Origin: Gemmatimonadota bacterium
Lineage (GTDB): Bacteria > Gemmatimonadota > Gemmatimonadetes > Gemmatimonadales > GWC2-71-9
DNA: 64,000 nt
Assembly (NCBI GenBank): GCA_039586895.1
Contig: JBDHJM010000007.1
Coordinates: forward strand, 11,263 to 75,262
Direction of reading: 5' to 3'
Shown here: in pieces, positions 18,288-27,673 of the stretch
How the letters are laid out: the number at the start of each line of letters is the position of its first letter
Position numbering within the stretch: position 1 is the first letter of the stretch
Translations under genes and position numbers: made by a program
The notes under the pieces: model-generated
Seen by the model: the letters and a program-made list of their open reading frames with translations, nothing else
Told to the model about the DNA's origin: nothing
The model's database searches: none

Positions 18288-19721
18288 GTGACCGCGCCAG
18301 ACATCGTCGTGATGGCGGCGTACTTCGCCGCCGTGCTCGCAATCGGCGTGTACTTCACGCGGCGCCAGCACGACGCAGCCGACTACTTCCTGGGACGGCA
18401 CCAGCTGCCGTGGTGGGCGGTGATGTTCTCCATCGTGGCCACGGAGACATCGGCGCTCACGGTGATCTCGATACCCGGCTTGGGCGCTCGCGGCGACCTC
18501 ACCTTCCTGCAGCTCCCGATCGGTTACCTGGTGGGGCGTGTCGCGGTGGCCGCATGGCTCCTGCCCGGCTACTTCACGGGCGAGCAGGAAACCGCGTATC
18601 AGAGGCTGGAGACCAGGTTCGGACCGGGCACCCGCAAGGTCGCGGCGGGGATCTTCATGGGGATCCGCGCCCTGGGCGACAGCGTGCGGGTGTTCGCGAC
18701 CGCGATTCCGTTGGCCATCGTCACGGGCTGGTCGGTATCCACCAGCGTCGTGGTCGTCGCCGCGGTCACGCTGTCCTACACCTGGGCGGGCGGCATCAAA
18801 GCCGTGGTCTGGGTGGACGTGATGCAGCTGATCATCTACGTGGTGGGAGGCGTCGCGACCGTTGCGGCCGCCGCCATCCTCCTGGGCGACTTCGGCGGCG
18901 CCATGCAGGAGGCCGCCGCCGCCGGCAAGCTGCGCGTGTTCGACTGGTCGCTCTCGCTCAGCACGACGTACACGTTCCTCGGCGGGCTGGTGGGCGGCGC
19001 CCTGCTCTCGGCGGCCTCACACGGTACCGACCACCTCATAGTGCAGCGCTTGCTGGCGACCCGCCGGCTCGGCGATGCGCGCAAAGCCCTGGTAGGATCG
19101 GGCATCCTCGTGATACTGCAGTTTGCCCTGTTCCTGTTCGTCGGCACGATGCTGTGGGCGGTCGGATCGGCCGACCCCACGCTCAGCGGTGATCAGCTGT
19201 ACCCGACATTCGTGGTCAACAGCCTGCCGCCCGGATTGGCCGGCCTCGTGGTGGCGGGCTTGCTGGCGGCGGCGATGAGCACGGTGAGCTCATCGCTCAA
19301 CTCCCTGGCCTCGGCCACTACGCACGACTTCTACGCACCGATGAGCGGACGGCGCGAGCCGCGGCACCTCCTGTCAGTAGGCCGCCGGGCGACGGTCGGG
19401 TGGGCAGTCGTGCTCACGGCTGGAGCGCTGTCGTTCCGCTCCACCGATCAGCCCGTGGTGGAGCTCGCCCTCTCGATCGCATCCATCACCTACGGAGCCC
19501 TGCTGGGCACCTACATCCTGGGCGGCATCTCGAAGCGGGCGCGGCAGATGGACGCCATAGCGGCGATAGCCGTGGCCACGGTGACGATGCTCGTGATCGT
19601 GCTGCTCGGACCAGGTGTTTTAGGCGACCTGGCGTGGCCGTGGTACGTGCCGCTCGGCACGGCGATCACCCTTCTGGTGGGCTGGCTCTCGACGGCGCTG
19701 CGCAGCAGGGTCAGGGCATGA
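18288..19721 (+). CDS. sodium:solute symporter family transporter
   Basis: About 13 predicted TM helices in a typical SSF layout, with a GTG start. Confidence 0.8.
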   Translation: MTAPDIVVMAAYFAAVLAIGVYFTRRQHDAADYFLGRHQLPWWAVMFSIVATETSALTVISIPGLGARGDLTFLQLPIGYLVGRVAVAAWLLPGYFTGEQETAYQRLETRFGPGTRKVAAGIFMGIRALGDSVRVFATAIPLAIVTGWSVSTSVVVVAAVTLSYTWAGGIKAVVWVDVMQLIIYVVGGVATVAAAAILLGDFGGAMQEAAAAGKLRVFDWSLSLSTTYTFLGGLVGGALLSAASHGTDHLIVQRLLATRRLGDARKALVGSGILVILQFALFLFVGTMLWAVGSADPTLSGDQLYPTFVVNSLPPGLAGLVVAGLLAAAMSTVSSSLNSLASATTHDFYAPMSGRREPRHLLSVGRRATVGWAVVLTAGALSFRSTDQPVVELALSIASITYGALLGTYILGGISKRARQMDAIAAIAVATVTMLVIVLLGPGVLGDLAWPWYVPLGTAITLLVGWLSTALRSRVRA

Positions 19722-20650
19722 GCGGGATCGTCGGCGTCGACGCGGGAGCCTCTCACACCGAGGCAGCGGCTGCCCCGTCCGGGCAGCCGGCCGGAGAGCA
19801 ACCGACCGGACGCGCGGTGGGCGGGGGCGGCGCGGTGCGCCTGGGCGGCGTGGAGACGGCGGCGCAGGCCATCACCGATACCGTCTCGCGGGCTCTGGCG
19901 GAGGCCGGGCTAAACCCCGCCCCGATCGCGGTGGTGGTGGGCGCGGCGGGTGCTGGCCGCGACGAAGCGGAACGCGCCCTGCTCGCCGCGCTGCAGGAAT
20001 CCTGGGGAGCCGATGCGCTCGTCCGGGTGGTCACGGACGGCGAGATCGCCCTGGAGGCGGCCTTCCCAGGCCGGCCCGGCATCCTGCTCGCGGCCGGCAC
20101 CGGCTCGATTGCCTACGCCCGGGAACCGGACGGCCGGCTGGAGCGCGTGGGGGGGCTGGGGTGGCGCGTGGGCGACGAGGGAAGCGGGTTCGCGCTGGCT
20201 CGGGCCGCCCTGCGGGCCGTGGCCCGGGCGGCCGACCGCCGTGGGCCGCATACGGATCTGGCGCAGCGCCTCACCCGGGCCGTCGGAGTCGATTCGGTCG
20301 CGCAGCTGGCCGGGATGATGCACGCGAGCAGCCACACCGATTTGGCGGCGCTGGCGCCCGCGGTGTGCGAGGCAGCGCTGGCGGGAGACGCGGTCGCGCG
20401 GGGCCTGGTGCGCGAGGCCGCGCTGGATCTGGCCCAGCACGTGGCCGCACTGCTTCCACTGTTCACCGGAGCACCCAAGGTCGCGGTGGCACTGACCGGC
20501 GGCTTGATCCAGCCCGGCTCACCGGTGCGCGACCAGCTGGTGGATCTGCTGCTGCAAGACATGCCGGCGGTCGAGCTGCACGAGGAGCGGGTAGACCCGC
20601 CCCTCGGAGCCCTGCGCATGGCGCGGCAGCTGCTGGAGCGGGTCGGTTAG
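19718..20650 (+). CDS. BadF/BadG/BcrA/BcrD-type ATPase (N-acetylglucosamine/MurNAc kinase-like)
   Basis: Has the N-terminal GVDAGASHT phosphate-1 motif and GTGS later. The ATG overlaps the symporter stop (ATGA). Confidence 0.7.
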   Translation: MSGIVGVDAGASHTEAAAAPSGQPAGEQPTGRAVGGGGAVRLGGVETAAQAITDTVSRALAEAGLNPAPIAVVVGAAGAGRDEAERALLAALQESWGADALVRVVTDGEIALEAAFPGRPGILLAAGTGSIAYAREPDGRLERVGGLGWRVGDEGSGFALARAALRAVARAADRRGPHTDLAQRLTRAVGVDSVAQLAGMMHASSHTDLAALAPAVCEAALAGDAVARGLVREAALDLAQHVAALLPLFTGAPKVAVALTGGLIQPGSPVRDQLVDLLLQDMPAVELHEERVDPPLGALRMARQLLERVG

Positions 20651-22614
20651 ACGGCTTCCCTGCTCTTCCCCAGGATCCGCACCACCGCCCAGATGGCCGC
20701 ACACCCCACGACTATCATCCCGACCGCCGCAACGGGGTGCGACCCGAACACCGTGCCCACGATCAGGGACGCGGCGACCCCCACTCCCGCCACCAGCAGC
20801 GCGTAGGGCAGCTGAGTGCGCACGTGGTCCACGTGGTCGCAGCCCGAGGCCATCGAGCTCAACACCGTTGTGTCTGAGATGGGCGAGCAGTGGTCGCCGA
20901 AGATCGCGCCGGCCAGCACGGAGGCGATGCCGCCCAGCAGGGCGCCCGTAGCGGCGCCGCCGTCCAGGTTGCCCCCCAGTGCGACCGCCAGCGGAACGAC
21001 CAGCGGAATGAGGATCGCCATCGTGGCCCACGACGTGCCGGTCGCGAACGCGATCACCGCCGCCACCACGAACACCGTGGCCGGCAGCAGCGCCAGCGGA
21101 AGCCGGTCGGAGAGCACGCTCGACAGGAAGGACGCCGTCGACAGCGAGTTGGTCACCTCACCCAGCGACCACGCCAGCACCAGGATCACCATGGCCACCA
21201 TCATGGCCTTCATCCCGCCGACCAACGCGTTCACGGCCTGCGCCAAAGACAGGATGCGCTGTGCGGTGGCCATCACGATTGCGGTGCCGGCACCCACCAG
21301 CGCGCCCCACAGCAGCGTCGAGAAGGCATCGGTGTTGTTGAGCACGTAGCGCACGGTTTCCTGGAAGCTGGCGGCACCCGAGTCTGCCAGCCCCCGCGTG
21401 CCGGTCCAGAACAGGCCCGCCAGGACCACCACGACCACCACGAGCACCGGCACGGCACCGTTCCACCAACGCAACGGTGTGTCGGGCGGCACCTCGCCCA
21501 ACTCCCCCTCCAAGTCGGCTGCCAGCTGAGCTCCCGGGCGGTACAAGCCGCCGCCCGAAGCCGCGCGCCGCTCGGCCTCGAGCATGGGCCCGAAGTCGCG
21601 CCCGGTCCACGCGAACAGCGCGACGGCGAAGATGGCCAGGATGGGATAGAACAGGTACGGGATCGACATCAGGAAGACCCCGAACGGGGAGGCGCTCGCG
21701 AGCTGCTCCGCGGCGGCCCCGGTCGCCACACCCTGGTCCACCGCGAGCTCCAGACCCTGACCGATCAGGCTGATCTCGTAGCCCACCCAGGTGGACACGA
21801 ACACGACCGCGGCGACCGGGGCGGCTGTAGAGTCCACGATGTAGGCGAGCTTTTCACGGGATATGCCGCGCCGGTCGGTGAGCGGCCGCATCGTGTTGCC
21901 CACGATGAGCGTGTTGGCGTAGTCGTCGAAGAACACGGCGAGGCCGCTGAGCCAGGTTGCCAGCTGTGCGCGGCGCGGCGTCGTGGCCAGCGGCGTCACG
22001 GCTTCCACGATGGCTCGCGTGCCACCCATGCGGCTCATCACCCCGACCATCCCTCCCAGCAGCAGCGAGAAGATCATGATCGAGGCATGATTCGGGTCCG
22101 CCAAGGCCGGCATGATGTAGCTGTCTATGCTCCGCAGCAGCGCGGCGAACGGGTTGTAGCCCGTCAGGAAGAAGCAACCCAACCACACCCCGAGGAACAG
22201 GCTGGTCACCACCTCGTGGAACACGAGCGCCAGCACGATGGCCAGCAGCGGCGGCAGGATGCTGAACCAGCCCGGAAGCGCCGGCCGCGCGAGCTCCTGG
22301 CTCTCGCCACCCACTTCCAGCTCGAGGGGCAGCTGAGCGCCGCCCGCCACGACCACGTCGTAGAACGTGACTTCGCCTATGGGCGGAATCACCGCTTCGG
22401 CGACGAGAGCCCCGTCCGCCGTCCGCAGGGTCACCGGCAAACTGTCGAGCGAGCGCGGTGCGCTGACGGTCACCGAGAACGGGATCCGCTTGAGGATCAC
22501 CAGCGGCATTCCGACATCGACATCCTGCGCCCGCGCGGGAAGGGCCCCCGCGGCCAGCAGGACTAGTGACCACCAAATGACGTGCACGGAGCGTCGGACG
22601 TTCCGGAGCGGCAC
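20647..22614 (-). CDS. Na+/H+ antiporter NhaC-family membrane protein with N-terminal periplasmic extension
   Basis: A polytopic NhaC-like core is preceded by a signal peptide (VHVIWWSLVLLAAGALPARAQ) and a beta-rich segment of about 130 aa. I chose the GTG at 22614, which has GGGAGAAG upstream. Confidence 0.75.
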   Translation of the reverse strand: MPLRNVRRSVHVIWWSLVLLAAGALPARAQDVDVGMPLVILKRIPFSVTVSAPRSLDSLPVTLRTADGALVAEAVIPPIGEVTFYDVVVAGGAQLPLELEVGGESQELARPALPGWFSILPPLLAIVLALVFHEVVTSLFLGVWLGCFFLTGYNPFAALLRSIDSYIMPALADPNHASIMIFSLLLGGMVGVMSRMGGTRAIVEAVTPLATTPRRAQLATWLSGLAVFFDDYANTLIVGNTMRPLTDRRGISREKLAYIVDSTAAPVAAVVFVSTWVGYEISLIGQGLELAVDQGVATGAAAEQLASASPFGVFLMSIPYLFYPILAIFAVALFAWTGRDFGPMLEAERRAASGGGLYRPGAQLAADLEGELGEVPPDTPLRWWNGAVPVLVVVVVVLAGLFWTGTRGLADSGAASFQETVRYVLNNTDAFSTLLWGALVGAGTAIVMATAQRILSLAQAVNALVGGMKAMMVAMVILVLAWSLGEVTNSLSTASFLSSVLSDRLPLALLPATVFVVAAVIAFATGTSWATMAILIPLVVPLAVALGGNLDGGAATGALLGGIASVLAGAIFGDHCSPISDTTVLSSMASGCDHVDHVRTQLPYALLVAGVGVAASLIVGTVFGSHPVAAVGMIVVGCAAIWAVVRILGKSREAV

Positions 22615-22705
22615 TGGCTTCTCCCAGGGGATGAGCGGTCTGACAGAGTGCACCGGACCGCGGCCTGCCGCAAGGACGGCGGCGGTCGCTGCCGGGATCG
22701 TGCTG

Positions 22706-23467
22706 CTACAGCGTGATGGGAATGACGACCACGCCGTCAACCGGCGTGCCGTCCATGGTGCGAGCCGGTGTGAATTGGAACTGGTACATCTGATCCAAGA
22801 ACTTGCGGCGGTATTCGGAGTCTTCGATCGAAGGCTCCACCTCCACCCGGGTGACCCTTCCGGTGGCGTTCACCCAGAACCGCACCTGGAATTCACGCCC
22901 CCGCACCGAGCTGGGCCGGTCGGCCGGCACGATGATGAAGCGCGGCTCCGGCGGGAAGGCCGTACCGTCCCCGGTGCCGCTGCCGGGGCCCACCCCCGAG
23001 CCGACGCCGGTGCCTTGGCCGCTGCCCGCTCCACCGCCCGTTCCGGTGCCCGCGCCGGGTCCCCCACCGGCGCCCGGACCACGGCCCAGCTGCACCGCTT
23101 GCAGCGTCGGACGCCTGAGTGCGGGCGGCTGCCAGGTCTGGATCTGTTCGGGGATCGTCGTGAGGTTGGGCTGCGGCAGCGCGAGCTCGACCGGCTCCGT
23201 CTCGGGCACCTCGGCAGCCGGCTCGCTGGATGCCCAGGCGGGCAGCTCCATGTAGCGCACGATCGCGTTGCCGCCGCCTCCGCCCCCACCGGCCGGGCCG
23301 GGCCCGGCCAGGGCGGTGAACACTTCCGCCGTGGACGCCGCCACGATGACGAACACCAGCAGCGCGCCTCCGTGGACCATCGCCGAGACGGCCACTCCGG
23401 AGGTGAAGCGCTTGTCGTCGCGCGGGAGGCGCGCCGTCGGGACCTGCAGACGCCGGGGGCGCTTCAT
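22706..23467 (-). CDS. tonB: TonB-family energy transducer
   Basis: Has an N-terminal TM anchor, a Gly/Pro-rich linker and a C-terminal TonB domain (REFQVRFWVNATGRVTRVEVEP). Confidence 0.8.
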   Translation of the reverse strand: MKRPRRLQVPTARLPRDDKRFTSGVAVSAMVHGGALLVFVIVAASTAEVFTALAGPGPAGGGGGGGNAIVRYMELPAWASSEPAAEVPETEPVELALPQPNLTTIPEQIQTWQPPALRRPTLQAVQLGRGPGAGGGPGAGTGTGGGAGSGQGTGVGSGVGPGSGTGDGTAFPPEPRFIIVPADRPSSVRGREFQVRFWVNATGRVTRVEVEPSIEDSEYRRKFLDQMYQFQFTPARTMDGTPVDGVVVIPITL

Positions 23468-23553
23468 GACTCCATTATACACCACGGGCGCGGGTGCCTT
23501 CCGGTTTCGGCCCCCGCGCCCCACCCCACCTCGTTTGGAAGGCTCCTGCTAGG

Positions 23554-23988
23554 TTAGTCGCCGCTGCCTTCTTCCTCTTGCGGCGGGGTGAATCCGATCA
23601 CCTGGACTCCCGCCCCGCGCGCTATGTCTATTGCGCCGATAACCTCCTCATACCGCCGGTTCCCCGCCGACCTCACGAACATGATCTTGGCCGGGCGGTT
23701 GTCGTAGATCCGGTGAAACTCCCGGTCCAGCGCGGCGAACTCGACCGTCTGGCCGTTGATCTCGTACGTGCCGTCACCCTTGAGGTCCAGCACGATGTTG
23801 TTGCTGGGAGTCGCGGACTGCTGCTGCTGGCTCCGTATCTCGGGCGGGACCTGTACGTCCATCGCCTTGCGGGACAGCGGAATCTGCATCATGAAGATGA
23901 TCAACAGCACCAGCAGGATGTCGATCATCGGTACCACGTTCGGCTCGGCGTTGAAGTCGCTGCCGGATTCGGGAATGTGAATCGCCAT
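23554..23988 (-). CDS. exbD: ExbD/TolR biopolymer transport protein
   Basis: EPNVVPMIDILLVLLIIFM TM segment with the conserved Asp. Confidence 0.9.
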   Translation of the reverse strand: MAIHIPESGSDFNAEPNVVPMIDILLVLLIIFMMQIPLSRKAMDVQVPPEIRSQQQQSATPSNNIVLDLKGDGTYEINGQTVEFAALDREFHRIYDNRPAKIMFVRSAGNRRYEEVIGAIDIARGAGVQVIGFTPPQEEEGSGD

Positions 23989-23994
23989 GGCCGC

Positions 23995-24456
23995 CTACTC
24001 CGATCTACCGAAGATGCCGGCGCTCTCTTCGCGCCGCTCCTCGGTCACTGCGGCCAGCACCCGCACCCCCGCGGCCCGGGCCGTCTCGATCGCCTCCTGC
24101 ACCCGCGAGAACGGCAACGACTTATCGGCGCGGAAGTACATGATCTTGTCCTTGGTCCGCGTGTCGAACACCTGCCGCAGCACGTCCTCCAACTGACCCT
24201 CGGGAACCATGCCGATCTGACCCGTGCCGGGATCCAGATAGAACTGGCCCTCGTTGTCGATGCCGAGGACGACGTCTTCCGGTTCGTCCTGCCGCGACTC
24301 GACGTGCTTCGCCATCGGTATCTGGGCCTGGAAACCGGCCGTGATCACGGGCGTCACGATCATGAAGATGATCAGCAACACCAGCATGATGTCGATCATC
24401 GGGACCACGTTCGGCTCGGCCTTCAGTGAGCCGCCGCCACCTACCTGCATGCCCAT
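23995..24456 (-). CDS. exbD: ExbD/TolR biopolymer transport protein (second copy)
   Basis: EPNVVPMIDIMLVLLIIFM, a paralog of the adjacent gene. Confidence 0.9.
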   Translation of the reverse strand: MGMQVGGGGSLKAEPNVVPMIDIMLVLLIIFMIVTPVITAGFQAQIPMAKHVESRQDEPEDVVLGIDNEGQFYLDPGTGQIGMVPEGQLEDVLRQVFDTRTKDKIMYFRADKSLPFSRVQEAIETARAAGVRVLAAVTEERREESAGIFGRSE

Positions 24457-24490
24457 AGTTCAGGACTCCTCGTAGTGGACTCGAACCCGG

Positions 24491-25234
24491 CTACTTGCTC
24501 ACGTGTCCCGTCGAGGCCGCCTGCTGGGCCTGGAACTCCTTCGTGAAGATCGACCGCCCGAACTCGCTGCCGACGCTCTTGATGAGGTAGTCGACGAGCT
24601 CCTTCGAGGTGTAGGTCATCTCGACGGTCATGTTCTCCACTTTGGTCTGGAAGTAGTTGAACAACCACACCGCCGGAATCGCCACGGCCAGACCGAACGC
24701 GGTCGTGATGAGTGCCTCGGCGATACCAGCCGACACTGCGGCGAGGCCGCCGGTACCGGAGGTCGCCATGCCCGTGAAGGAGTTCACGATGCCCATCGTG
24801 GTGCCGAGCAGGCCCACGAACGGGGCCGTCGAGCCCACGGTGGCCAGGATGCCGGTGCCGCGCTTCAGCTCGGACAGAATGATGAGCATCTGCCGCTCGA
24901 TGGCGCGCTCGGCGGAGTTGATGTCCGCACTGGTAATGGTGGCCCGATCGCGCAGCAGGGGCTTCACCTCGGCCAGGGCCTCACCCAGCACCCGCGCCAC
25001 GTGCGACTCCTTGGCGTTCTCGGCCAGCTCGATCGCCTGGTCCAGCTGCTCTTCCTGCAGGTAGCGCGCGAACTCGGGGGCGAAGTTGGCCGTGGCCTTC
25101 CGCGCCTTGAGGAACCGCCACCACTTCTGCACGCCCGTGCCCAGCGAGATCACCGACATGAAGCCCAGCAAGATGATGATCCCCTTAGCGAACCATCCGG
25201 CGTCATGCCACAGTATGAGTAGTGATACTTCCAT
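24491..25234 (-). CDS. exbB: MotA/TolQ/ExbB proton-channel protein
   Basis: Three TM helices with the conserved LGTVGSTAPFVGLLGTTMGI segment. Confidence 0.9.
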   Translation of the reverse strand: MEVSLLILWHDAGWFAKGIIILLGFMSVISLGTGVQKWWRFLKARKATANFAPEFARYLQEEQLDQAIELAENAKESHVARVLGEALAEVKPLLRDRATITSADINSAERAIERQMLIILSELKRGTGILATVGSTAPFVGLLGTTMGIVNSFTGMATSGTGGLAAVSAGIAEALITTAFGLAVAIPAVWLFNYFQTKVENMTVEMTYTSKELVDYLIKSVGSEFGRSIFTKEFQAQQAASTGHVSK

Positions 25235-25293
25235 GGTTTACTGCGCCTCCCTTACGAGGTACGTCGTTGCTTTCAATCCGACGGCGGGGTGGA

Positions 25294-26013
25294 TTATCCG
25301 CCCGAAGTCAGGTTGAAGAAGATCGGCATCTGAACCAGCACACGCACGGGGCGCGCCCGCACGCGACCGGGCCGGAACAGGCACCGGGCTATCAGGTTGC
25401 GGGCCGGGCCCTCGAAGGCCTGGTGGCTCGCACTCAATGTCTGGATCGACTCGCCCTTCACGTGGCCGTCGGTCTCCACCACGAACTGCAGCAGCACCTG
25501 ACCCTCGATGTTGGCCTGCCGCATCATCCGGGGATATTCCAGCGGCGGGCAGGAGATCCGCTCGGGGACCTCATCCACGACCGCCTCGGCGAAGACCTGC
25601 TCCAGGTCCACCGGGCCGGTCCCACCCTCGACGCCGCTGAATACACCACCCTCGACGCCCACACCGCTGTAGTCCCGCGGGTCGAAGCGCTCCTCGAGAT
25701 CGATGGGCGGGATTTCGGTGGGGATGTCCACGGGCGCCGACAGGACTTGGAACCCCCGCGGGGGTGGATTGAGGGACGTGATGACCGGTGGGGGCGGCTC
25801 TTCGGGCTGCTCCTCCTCCGGCTCGGGCTCGTCCATCACCAGCATGATGGTGTCGATGTCGACTTCCGTGACTTCCTCGGCAACACCCATCGTCGCCATC
25901 ACGGCGGCGATGATCACGATGGTCTGGCCCACCGTCGAGGTGACCATGCCCATGATCGTGCCCTTGAAGTCGCGCCTGCCGCGTCGATTGGATTCCACGA
26001 GAACGTCAAACAC
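25294..26013 (-). CDS. tonB: TonB-family energy transducer (second)
   Basis: Has a TM anchor, a Glu/Pro-rich linker and a C-terminal TonB domain (EGQVLLQFVVETDGHV). The GTG at 26013 lies 6 nt after GGAGGT. Confidence 0.8.
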   Translation of the reverse strand: MFDVLVESNRRGRRDFKGTIMGMVTSTVGQTIVIIAAVMATMGVAEEVTEVDIDTIMLVMDEPEPEEEQPEEPPPPVITSLNPPPRGFQVLSAPVDIPTEIPPIDLEERFDPRDYSGVGVEGGVFSGVEGGTGPVDLEQVFAEAVVDEVPERISCPPLEYPRMMRQANIEGQVLLQFVVETDGHVKGESIQTLSASHQAFEGPARNLIARCLFRPGRVRARPVRVLVQMPIFFNLTSGG

Positions 26014-26047
26014 GCCTTTACCTCCGGTCCTCGTTCGCGTTGCACAA

Positions 26048-26055
26048 ATTCTACA
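26048..26055 (-). promoter_or_regulatory. candidate extended -10 element (TGTAGAAT) for the tonB-exbB-exbD operon
   Basis: The minus-strand sequence ggTGTAGAATttg lies about 35 nt upstream of the GTG start. No good -35 element is present. Confidence 0.3.
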
Positions 26056-26197
26056 CCTGCGCGCACGCGATTGGCTACCAGCGAGCCGGGCAAAGCTCTT
26101 CAAGTGAGATTACAAAACGCTAACAATCTGGTTACGGCCGCTGCTATGTGACGTGCTGCGCAGCGCGGGATAAACTGGGCCGCGGTCCCGGGTCGCG

Positions 26198-27667
26198 CTA
26201 GTGGTCGGCGGGCTCCTCCTGATCGTGGCCCACGGGCACTACCACGGTGAAGGTCGTGCCCCGCCCGGGCTTGCTCTGCGCCTCGATCGAGCCGCCGTGC
26301 GCCTCGGCGATCCAGCGACAGATGGCGAGCCCCAGACCGGCTCCAGGCCGCGCTCCGGTCCGGCTGCGGGCCGGATCCGCCCGCCAGAACCGGTCGAAGA
26401 TGCTCTCGAGATCCCCCGGGGCGATCCCGATCCCCGAGTCGCGCACGGTGAGGACGACCCTGCCGTCTTCCCGTCGGGAGGAGACGTGGACTTTCCCGCC
26501 GGCAGGCGTGTACTTGACCGCGTTGGACAGCAGATTCTGCAGCAGCTGGCGCAGGCGGCCCCGGTCGGCACGCATCAGCAGAGCGTCGTCAGGGACGTCC
26601 ACTGCCACCTCCACCGACGCCTGCTCTCCCAGGATTCCCGCCGTCTCGGCCAGCTCGAAGAGCAGCTCGCGCAGATCGAGCTCGTCCAGATGGAGTGGCG
26701 CCCGCCCCTCGTCGGCCCGGGCGAGGGTGAGGAGCGAATCGACCAGCTCCGCCATGCGGTTCACCTCGAGCAGCGTCTCGTCCAGCGTCTCCATCACTTC
26801 GGCGGACGTCGTGGGATGTGTGAGTGAGCGCTCGATTCCGGAGCGCAGCACGGTAAGCGGCGTCTTCAGCTCGTGGCTCGCGTCCGCCGTGAACCGCCTC
26901 AGGGTGCCAAAGCTCTGCTCCAGGCGCTCCAGCATGGCGTTGAGCGTGGCCGTGAGCCGCGCCAACTCGTCCTGCCCCCCCTGCTCGGCCAGCCGCTTGT
27001 GCAGGCCGCGCCCATCGGTGATGGCCCGAACCTCGTCGACGATCTGCTCGACCGGCTTGAGCGTGCGCCCCACCAGCATGTAGCCAATCACGAGAGACAC
27101 CGCGAGGATGAACGGCGTCGTCCACAGCATCGCAGTCATGAGGCGGGGCGGACTCACGACGAAGCCTGAGGTGGGTGCCGCTGATATCACCGCCGCGACC
27201 AGCGCGCCCGCCTCCGTTATGGGCCGCACGTAGTAGCGCACCTGTCCCACGGGCGGAGCCAGGTCCACCAACCCGAAGCTCCCGGATGCCGCCGGGTCCT
27301 CGGCCGCGTCGATCAGGGCCCGGTAGGCTCCGAACGGCAGCGCTCGCGTCTCTGCCGAAAGGTGCAGCACCATGCGCTCCGGCCCGAGCACGATCACGTA
27401 GCCCGGCACGCCCTCCAGCAGGGACGCCACGTCGGGCGTGAGCGCCGGCTGTCCGGTCTGGGGATGGGGCCACACGACGCGGGAGCGGGCGCTGTAGGCC
27501 TCGCTCAGGATCGCGGAGATGAGATCCGACTCCACGCGCACGCGGCTGTCCAGCTCCGCGAACGCCCGGGAGCCCTGGGCCACGTACACTATGGCGCCGA
27601 ATACGAACAGGGTGGCGCCCAGCGCCAGGGCGTAGCCCACCGCGAGGCGCGCGCGGATGGTCTGCAT
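26198..27667 (-). CDS. sensor histidine kinase, heavy-metal-sensor (CusS/CopS)-like
   Basis: Two TM helices, a HAMP domain, the HisKA box FTADASHELKTPL and HATPase N/G boxes. Confidence 0.85.
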   Translation of the reverse strand: MQTIRARLAVGYALALGATLFVFGAIVYVAQGSRAFAELDSRVRVESDLISAILSEAYSARSRVVWPHPQTGQPALTPDVASLLEGVPGYVIVLGPERMVLHLSAETRALPFGAYRALIDAAEDPAASGSFGLVDLAPPVGQVRYYVRPITEAGALVAAVISAAPTSGFVVSPPRLMTAMLWTTPFILAVSLVIGYMLVGRTLKPVEQIVDEVRAITDGRGLHKRLAEQGGQDELARLTATLNAMLERLEQSFGTLRRFTADASHELKTPLTVLRSGIERSLTHPTTSAEVMETLDETLLEVNRMAELVDSLLTLARADEGRAPLHLDELDLRELLFELAETAGILGEQASVEVAVDVPDDALLMRADRGRLRQLLQNLLSNAVKYTPAGGKVHVSSRREDGRVVLTVRDSGIGIAPGDLESIFDRFWRADPARSRTGARPGAGLGLAICRWIAEAHGGSIEAQSKPGRGTTFTVVVPVGHDQEEPADH

Positions 27668-27673
27668 GGGCCG

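Noticed and set aside
22990-23300. Repetitive GC-rich DNA (GGN/CCN runs) at 22990..23300 and 61590..61950, and GCC/GCG runs at 6290..6620. These might look like tandem repeats or array-like structure.
   Set aside because: They encode the Gly/Pro linkers of TonB paralogs and the Ala/Pro linkers of the E2 acyltransferase. There are no regular repeat-spacer units and no CRISPR features.
26108-26140. An AT-rich stretch gattacaaaacgctaacaatc upstream of the tonB-exbBD operon, considered as a possible Fur box.
   Set aside because: Only the terminal GATT/AATC tetramers are inverted repeats. The match to the 19-bp Fur consensus is poor, so I did not call it.
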